Assembly: GCA_040219255.1 (NCBI GenBank)
Contig: JAVJSW010000018.1
Location: 1-64,000 of the forward strand
Length of the DNA: 64,000 bases
Direction: 5' to 3'
From: Sumerlaeia bacterium
GTDB lineage: Bacteria; Sumerlaeota; Sumerlaeia; SLMS01; JAHLLQ01
Part shown: in pieces, positions 58,807 through 64,000 of the stretch
Numbering within the stretch: the stretch's first letter is position 1
Layout of the letters: each line of letters opens with the position of its first letter
Made by a program: the position numbers and the translations under genes
Notes under the pieces: model-generated
Seen by the model: only the letters and a program-made list of their open reading frames with translations
What the model was told of the DNA's origin: nothing
Databases searched by the model: none

Positions 58807-60938
58807 CGAATCTGTGCCAGAGTGCGGCTTTCCTTGGTGGCTGCGGGCTGCGCCGTGTCGCTGCTCAAGCCCCGCTCCAGAAAGCCCACGAACGCTTCCT
58901 CGTCGCGCGTCAGACCCTCGAAGGTCGAGATCACGGTCTCGCCGTCGGGCGACAGGATCGCGTAGAACGGCAGCGCCAGCGTGCCGAAGTGCTCGATCTG
59001 GTAGGACTGGTACTTGTCGCCCACGTCCTTGTCGTCGGTATAGAGCGAGACGCGCACGAATTGGTCGAGCCGTTCGCTGACCGCCGGGCGGGGGAACATG
59101 TCCTTTTCCATCAGGCGGCAATTCGTGCAGGTCCACCCCGTGAAGTCGATGAACAGCGGCTTGTTCTCGTTCCTGGCCTGGGCCATGGCGCCTTCCAGGT
59201 CGTTGAGGATAAAGGGCGGATGGCCGGCGTCTTCCGTGGCGCGAGCGAGGCCGGCGGCGCCCTGGGACGCCAGCGTTCGCGAACCGGTCATGGCTTTGTC
59301 CGGCGGCATGAAGGCCTCGATCTGGCCGTTGAGGCGTCCGCCGAAGAGACCGAAAGCCAGATACAGCGCCAGGGCGCCAAAGCTCAAACCGCCAAGCAGG
59401 CGCCCCGCCGAAAGGCCCTCCACCGGCGCGTCGTGCGAGAGGCGGATCTGACCCAGCAGGTACATCGCCACCGCCACCGCCACCATCACCCAGAGGGCCA
59501 GCAGGACCTCGCGCGTCAGCACGCCCCAGCCCCAGACCAGGTCGGCGCGGGATAGGTACAGCGCGGCGAGGGCCAACTCGATCAGACCGACGGTGACCTT
59601 CAGCGTGTTCATCCAGCCCCCCGCCCTGGGCAGCGAGGAGATCATTCCGGGCGCCAGGCCGAGCAGGAAAAACGGCAACGAAAACCCGAGGCCGAAGAAC
59701 AGGAAGCCCAGCAACGGCCGCAGCACATCGCCCGTCAGCAATTGCGGAATCAGCAAGCCCATGAAGGGCGCCGTGCAGGTGAAGGAAATAATCACGAAGG
59801 CCGTCGCCATGGCCATCGCGCTGAGCGCCAGACCGCGCTGGCTCTTGGCTCCGCCGCCTTGGAGCTTGTTGGCCCAGGAGGCAGGGAGGCTGATTTCGAA
59901 GGCCCCGAAGAAACTGAGCGCGAACGCCAGGAACAACCCCGCCAGCGCGAGGTTCACCCACGGATTGGCGGCGAACTGATTGGCGATTCCGCCCTGCTCG
60001 GCGCCCCAGCCGAGGGCGAACCGCGCGATCGTCAGGAACACGCCGATGGCCGCGAACCCGGCCAGCATCGTCCCGGCGTAAAGCGCCACCAGGCCGACGC
60101 GGCGCCCGCCGTCATCGCCCGTTTTCTTGCTGAAGAATCCGATCGTGATCGGAATCATCGGGTACGAGCAGGGCATCAACAGCGCCCCGAAACCGGCCAG
60201 CATCGCCGCCAGCAGGAAGAACGGCAGCGTCGCCGATTCGCGCTCCGATTCGGTCTCGGTCGAGGCCGTCATGGCAGCCGGCTTCGCCGCTTCGATGGCT
60301 GGAGCGGCGGTCGGATCGGGCGCTGGCGGGGATTGGGAAGCTGCCGCGGGCGGCTCCGTTCCAGCGGGAGCCGGGGCGGCCGCCGCTTCCTCGCCCGTCC
60401 GTTCGCGGATCAGCACCGAAGCCTCGAACGGAATGCGCCGGGGCGGCAGGCACGAGGTGGCGTCGCACACCTGGAGCATGATCGTGCCGCTGGTGCGCAA
60501 CTCTCCTTCGGTGGCGGACTCGGCGACGCGGAAGGTGCGCTCGAAGGTGACCGTGCCGTTGAAGGTGTTGACCTCGATTTCAAAGCCCTCGTCGAACTTG
60601 CGCTTGGGCTGGGGCTCGCGCCAGTCCTGGCCTTCGATGGGCTCGAGGAGTGTGTTGGGGTTGATTTTCGGCTGAGACGGAACCGGCCCCACGCCGTCCT
60701 GCCGCATCGCGTAGATGTAATATCCGGGTTCGATGTCGGCTTTGACCTGAACGGTCACTTCGCCGCCCGGGTAGGCCACGCTGGGGTAGAAGCCGGCGGT
60801 GACCTTGACGGGGTACTTGAAGCCCCCGGGGCCGGCCGCTTTCGGGGGTCCGAAACTCAACTGGGCTTGCACGGCGGAAACCGCCAGCACACACCACCCA
60901 AAAATCAATGCCATCCAGCTCAGTTGTCGAAGTCGCAC
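58803..60938 (-). CDS. dsbD: Protein-disulfide reductase DsbD (N-terminal Ig-like, TM and thioredoxin domains)
   Basis: Motifs QVCDATSCLPP, LMPCSYPMIP, SFTCTAP, LPRAGGWM and DFTGWTCTNC. Start is 60938 (GTG) or 60914 (ATG). Confidence 0.92.
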   Translation of the reverse strand: MRLRQLSWMALIFGWCVLAVSAVQAQLSFGPPKAAGPGGFKYPVKVTAGFYPSVAYPGGEVTVQVKADIEPGYYIYAMRQDGVGPVPSQPKINPNTLLEPIEGQDWREPQPKRKFDEGFEIEVNTFNGTVTFERTFRVAESATEGELRTSGTIMLQVCDATSCLPPRRIPFEASVLIRERTGEEAAAAPAPAGTEPPAAASQSPPAPDPTAAPAIEAAKPAAMTASTETESERESATLPFFLLAAMLAGFGALLMPCSYPMIPITIGFFSKKTGDDGGRRVGLVALYAGTMLAGFAAIGVFLTIARFALGWGAEQGGIANQFAANPWVNLALAGLFLAFALSFFGAFEISLPASWANKLQGGGAKSQRGLALSAMAMATAFVIISFTCTAPFMGLLIPQLLTGDVLRPLLGFLFFGLGFSLPFFLLGLAPGMISSLPRAGGWMNTLKVTVGLIELALAALYLSRADLVWGWGVLTREVLLALWVMVAVAVAMYLLGQIRLSHDAPVEGLSAGRLLGGLSFGALALYLAFGLFGGRLNGQIEAFMPPDKAMTGSRTLASQGAAGLARATEDAGHPPFILNDLEGAMAQARNENKPLFIDFTGWTCTNCRLMEKDMFPRPAVSERLDQFVRVSLYTDDKDVGDKYQSYQIEHFGTLALPFYAILSPDGETVISTFEGLTRDEEAFVGFLERGLSSDTAQPAATKESRTLAQIR

Positions 60939-61014
60939 GTAGTCGTCAGCTCCCAATTCCAAACATTCTTGGGGGGCTGTCAGGCAAAACGGGTGCCGCC
61001 CTGCGGGGCCTGTC

Positions 61015-61818
61015 CTACATGGCGGCGGGCCAGAGCTTCCAGGCCAGAACCAAAGCCGCCGCCCCGGCGGAGGAAGCGTTGAACAGGATGTGGGTCGCGA
61101 TACTGGCGCCCAAGCCATGCCAGCGCCGCACCAGTCCCCAGACAATGGCGACAAAAAAAATCTGAAGTTCCTTAACCCCCGGCGGACTCAGCATTCCCGC
61201 GTGCGCGACGGCGAAGATGGCGGCCTGCGCCACCACCGCGATCATCGGCGATTTGCCCGCGCGGACGCAGGCCACTTCCAGAACGCCCTGCAGCGCGCCC
61301 CGGTACAGGATCTCCTCCCACGCCGCCGCCACCAGCGCCAGCGCGCAGATCGCCCCGATGCCGGCCGCCGACCGAGTCACCTCGTCGAGCATCCCTTGGG
61401 CCTCAACCGGGACAAATTGACTCAACGCGAAAACGATCGCGTGGGAGCCGAGCAGCGTTCCCATCGCCGCCACCAGGATCGTGGGCACGGGCCGGCGGAA
61501 GAGCTTCGGCGGGGGTTGGCGCAACGCCAAATCCGTCGTGATGGCGGCGGGCAGCGCCGCCAGCGCGAAGGCGCTCCGGAAAACCGTCATCAGCACCGCT
61601 GTCTTCAGCAAACCTTCCGCCGCGAAGGTCGCCCGCTCCGACAACACCGTCGCCAGACAAAGACCCAGAAGCGCCACCGCGATCCAGGCCAGGCCCCGCT
61701 GTCCCAGGAGCGCGGCGCACTTCGCCCGCTCGCGCATCCACCAAGCCGCCCCCCACCCCGCCAGGAGGGCTTCCACAAGAAGGGCGAACATGAGGGCGAT
61801 CGTGACGTAGGTGGACAT
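61015..61818 (-). CDS. CPBP-family intramembrane glutamic endopeptidase (CAAX/Abi)
   Basis: Motifs WEEILYRG, FAVAH and H..FN. Confidence 0.88.
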   Translation of the reverse strand: MSTYVTIALMFALLVEALLAGWGAAWWMRERAKCAALLGQRGLAWIAVALLGLCLATVLSERATFAAEGLLKTAVLMTVFRSAFALAALPAAITTDLALRQPPPKLFRRPVPTILVAAMGTLLGSHAIVFALSQFVPVEAQGMLDEVTRSAAGIGAICALALVAAAWEEILYRGALQGVLEVACVRAGKSPMIAVVAQAAIFAVAHAGMLSPPGVKELQIFFVAIVWGLVRRWHGLGASIATHILFNASSAGAAALVLAWKLWPAAM

Positions 61819-61888
61819 AGCGGGCGGAGCTTAGGCCGAAGCGGTGGAGCGATGGAAAGCGAAAAGCCCCCGGCCCCTTCGCGATCCG

Positions 61889-62683
61889 TTACCCGAACAT
61901 GAACCGCGTCAGGATGAAGTCGAAGAGCAGGATGCAGGTCAGGCTAGTAACCACCGCGCGGGTGGTGGAACGGCCCACTCCCGCGGCGCCACCCCGGGTT
62001 TCGAGCCCGTGCCAGACACAGATGCTGGAGTACAGACCGCCGAAAACCAACGCCTTTCCCAGGCCGTTGGCCAGTTCCTTGAAGTCCACGAAGCCGAACA
62101 CGTTGTCCCAGTACACATGGGTTGGAACGGAGAAGTAGGTGCTGCTGATGATGGCGCCGCCAAGCAGGCTAAAGGCGATGGAGTAGAGCGTCAGGACGGG
62201 GTTGAGGACGAGCGAGCTGACGATGCGGGGCATGGCCAGGAACCGGGTGGGCCGGATGCCCATGGCGCGCAAAGCGTCGATCTCGTCGTTGACGGCCATC
62301 GTGCCCAACTCGGCGGTCATGGCGGCGCCGACGCGGGCGGCGATGATAAAGGCGGTGAAGACGGGGGCGAACTCGCGGACAATGGAGATGCCGAGCGGTT
62401 CGCCGATCCGTTCCTCGACCCCGAAGTCTTCGAGTGGGATGCCGATGTTGATGGCGATAATCATTCCGGTGAAGAGGCCGACGAGGCAAGCCAGCGGGGC
62501 GGTCTGGACGCCGATGACGAGTCCCTGCCGCAGAAGCCGGCGTATGTCGCCTTTGCTCAGCCGCAACATGCTCAGGCTTTCCACGAACAGCAGCGCGATG
62601 CCGCCGGTGGTCAGGAACAGGGTCTCGAAAACCTTGTGGATACTCTTGAAGAGATTGGGCGTTTGGTCGGTACGTTCAGCCAT
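61889..62683 (-). CDS. MlaE-family ABC permease
   Basis: Motifs REFAPVFTA..AARVGAAMTAELGTM..DEIDAL..MG and GGAAGVGRSTTRAVV. Confidence 0.93.
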   Translation of the reverse strand: MAERTDQTPNLFKSIHKVFETLFLTTGGIALLFVESLSMLRLSKGDIRRLLRQGLVIGVQTAPLACLVGLFTGMIIAINIGIPLEDFGVEERIGEPLGISIVREFAPVFTAFIIAARVGAAMTAELGTMAVNDEIDALRAMGIRPTRFLAMPRIVSSLVLNPVLTLYSIAFSLLGGAIISSTYFSVPTHVYWDNVFGFVDFKELANGLGKALVFGGLYSSICVWHGLETRGGAAGVGRSTTRAVVTSLTCILLFDFILTRFMFG

Positions 62684-62835
62684 GGAGGCGGGCATCCTGC
62701 TTGCGGATATTTTTCGAGGATTACGCTGGAGGGGCTCGCTGGCGAGGTGCAAGGGCGAACCCCAAGTGTCATCTTTCCCGCGACACCGCCGCCCGCCTGT
62801 CCCAGACTTTTCCCCATCACAAGGAGACCTCAGCC

Positions 62836-63405
62836 ATGGCCACTGCGCTCGTTCCCCTGATCGACGGCTTTGAAGAAACCGAGGCGATCGCCACCGTCGA
62901 CATCCTGCGCCGCGGCGGGGTGACGGTCACCACCGCCGGAATCGCCGACCTGAGGGTGGGCGGCAGCCGGGGCATAGTGGTTCAAGCCGACACGCGTTAC
63001 GCGGACACGTTGCTGGCGCGCTACGATGCGATTGTCCTGCCAGGTGGTCCGGGGGCGCGAAAACTCAACCAAGTCGAAGGTCTCCACGCCCGGTTGCGTC
63101 AGCAGGCGCGCGAGGGCGTGGTGGCGGCGATCTGCGCCGCGCCGGTGGTGCTGGCGGCGGCGGGCCTCCTGGAAGGCCAGCCAGCGGCCTGCCACCCATC
63201 CGCCGAAGGCGAGATGGGCGGAGCCCGCCTTCTCCGTCAGCCCGTCGTGCGGGCCGGCAATATCCTCACGAGCCGAGGGGTCGGCACGGCGCTGGACTTC
63301 GCGCTGGCGCTGGTGGCTCGGCTGCGGGGCGAGGAAGCCGCGCGGAGCGTGGCGGAAGCCATCGTGTACGACGGCCCGGGCTGGAAATCGGCGGTGCCGG
63401 CCTGA
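62836..63405 (+). CDS. DJ-1/YajL/PfpI family protein
   Basis: Motifs GFEETEA..DILRRGG, VLPGG, the nucleophile in AICAAP and TSRGVGTA. RBS AAGGAG. Confidence 0.93.
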   Translation: MATALVPLIDGFEETEAIATVDILRRGGVTVTTAGIADLRVGGSRGIVVQADTRYADTLLARYDAIVLPGGPGARKLNQVEGLHARLRQQAREGVVAAICAAPVVLAAAGLLEGQPAACHPSAEGEMGGARLLRQPVVRAGNILTSRGVGTALDFALALVARLRGEEAARSVAEAIVYDGPGWKSAVPA

Positions 63406-63607
63406 GATCCGGCCAAATCGTCCAGGGCTGGGCACGAAGTTTGTTCCTGATTATGACTCAACGCCGGACCCTGTCGAAAAATTGAATTTACGGCGAACAC
63501 GGAACTGGAAAAAAGCGGGACGGCAAGAATCATCTTGCTTTCCTTCTATAGACCGGTCCAAACACAACGAATTGATCCGATTAAGCGATTTATAGCGAGG
63601 TCTAAAA

Positions 63608-64000
63608 ATGCCTTCGATGCTCAAAGAGGAGAAGTCGGCGACCCTTTCATCCGACGCCGCTTGGCCCGTTTCTCCCGAACAATCCGCTCCCACCCGTCCC
63701 TCATCCTCCAAAACCCGTTCCCGAGTTTCCTCCATTGGCATTCTGTTTGACCCTCAAGACTCCAGCCAGAAGGCCTTCGCCCGTGTGTTGACGGCCGATG
63801 GCGAGGCGTTCCACGACGCGAGCCGGGAAACCGGCAGGCAGTCCCTGGCGCCTCTGCTGGCCTTCGATTGCGGGGCTCTCGCGGATCAGGACCCGCTCGA
63901 TCGTCCCCTGTGGCTTTTCCTGACCGAGTTCCAGCGCCTCGACACTCCCGCCGCGATGGCCGATCTGGATGGCGTGTTCTGCCCCAGCGACGAGCTGGCC
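63608..64000 (+). CDS. Hypothetical protein running off the window (absent from the ORF track because it has no stop here)
   Basis: ATG at 63608 after GCGAGG. The frame is open for 131 codons (MPSMLKEEK..IGILFDPQDSSQKAFARVL..LWLFLTE..DGVFCP), possibly a degenerate receiver-like fold. Confidence 0.55.
   Translation, partial: MPSMLKEEKSATLSSDAAWPVSPEQSAPTRPSSSKTRSRVSSIGILFDPQDSSQKAFARVLTADGEAFHDASRETGRQSLAPLLAFDCGALADQDPLDRPLWLFLTEFQRLDTPAAMADLDGVFCPSDELA

Overview
This is an ordinary chromosomal window from a high-GC diderm bacterium (lipoprotein peptidase, Tat substrates, DsbD, MlaE). My unverified guess is a poorly characterised lineage such as Ca. Sumerlaeota/BRC1. In order it holds: an ADP-ribosylglycohydrolase; two lower-GC FG-GAP-repeat secreted proteins; a non-discriminating aspS; ilvD; a Wzy-type polysaccharide cluster; a PPi-dependent phosphofructokinase; and an orphan H-NS/Rok-like small basic protein. 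Next comes a 16-kb respiratory cluster (alternative complex III actABCDEF, a membrane cytochrome c, and an A2-type aa3 oxidase with Cox15/Cox10/Cox11-type assembly genes) with two Rex/CRP-type palindromes. After that are a Tat-exported xanthine-dehydrogenase-family enzyme with a Cys-rich partner, a large GHL10-like/RTX protein, and a membrane pseudokinase facing a secreted lectin-like protein, both ending in CxxC-less thioredoxin-like domains. The rest is infC-rpmI-rplT (L20-leader attenuator, AUU start), tyrA, an SDR, YfhO, rpsT, a double-receiver protein, DsbD, MlaE and DJ-1. I saw no tRNA, rRNA, CRISPR array, transposase or prophage. All calls come from reading motifs by eye, with no database searches.
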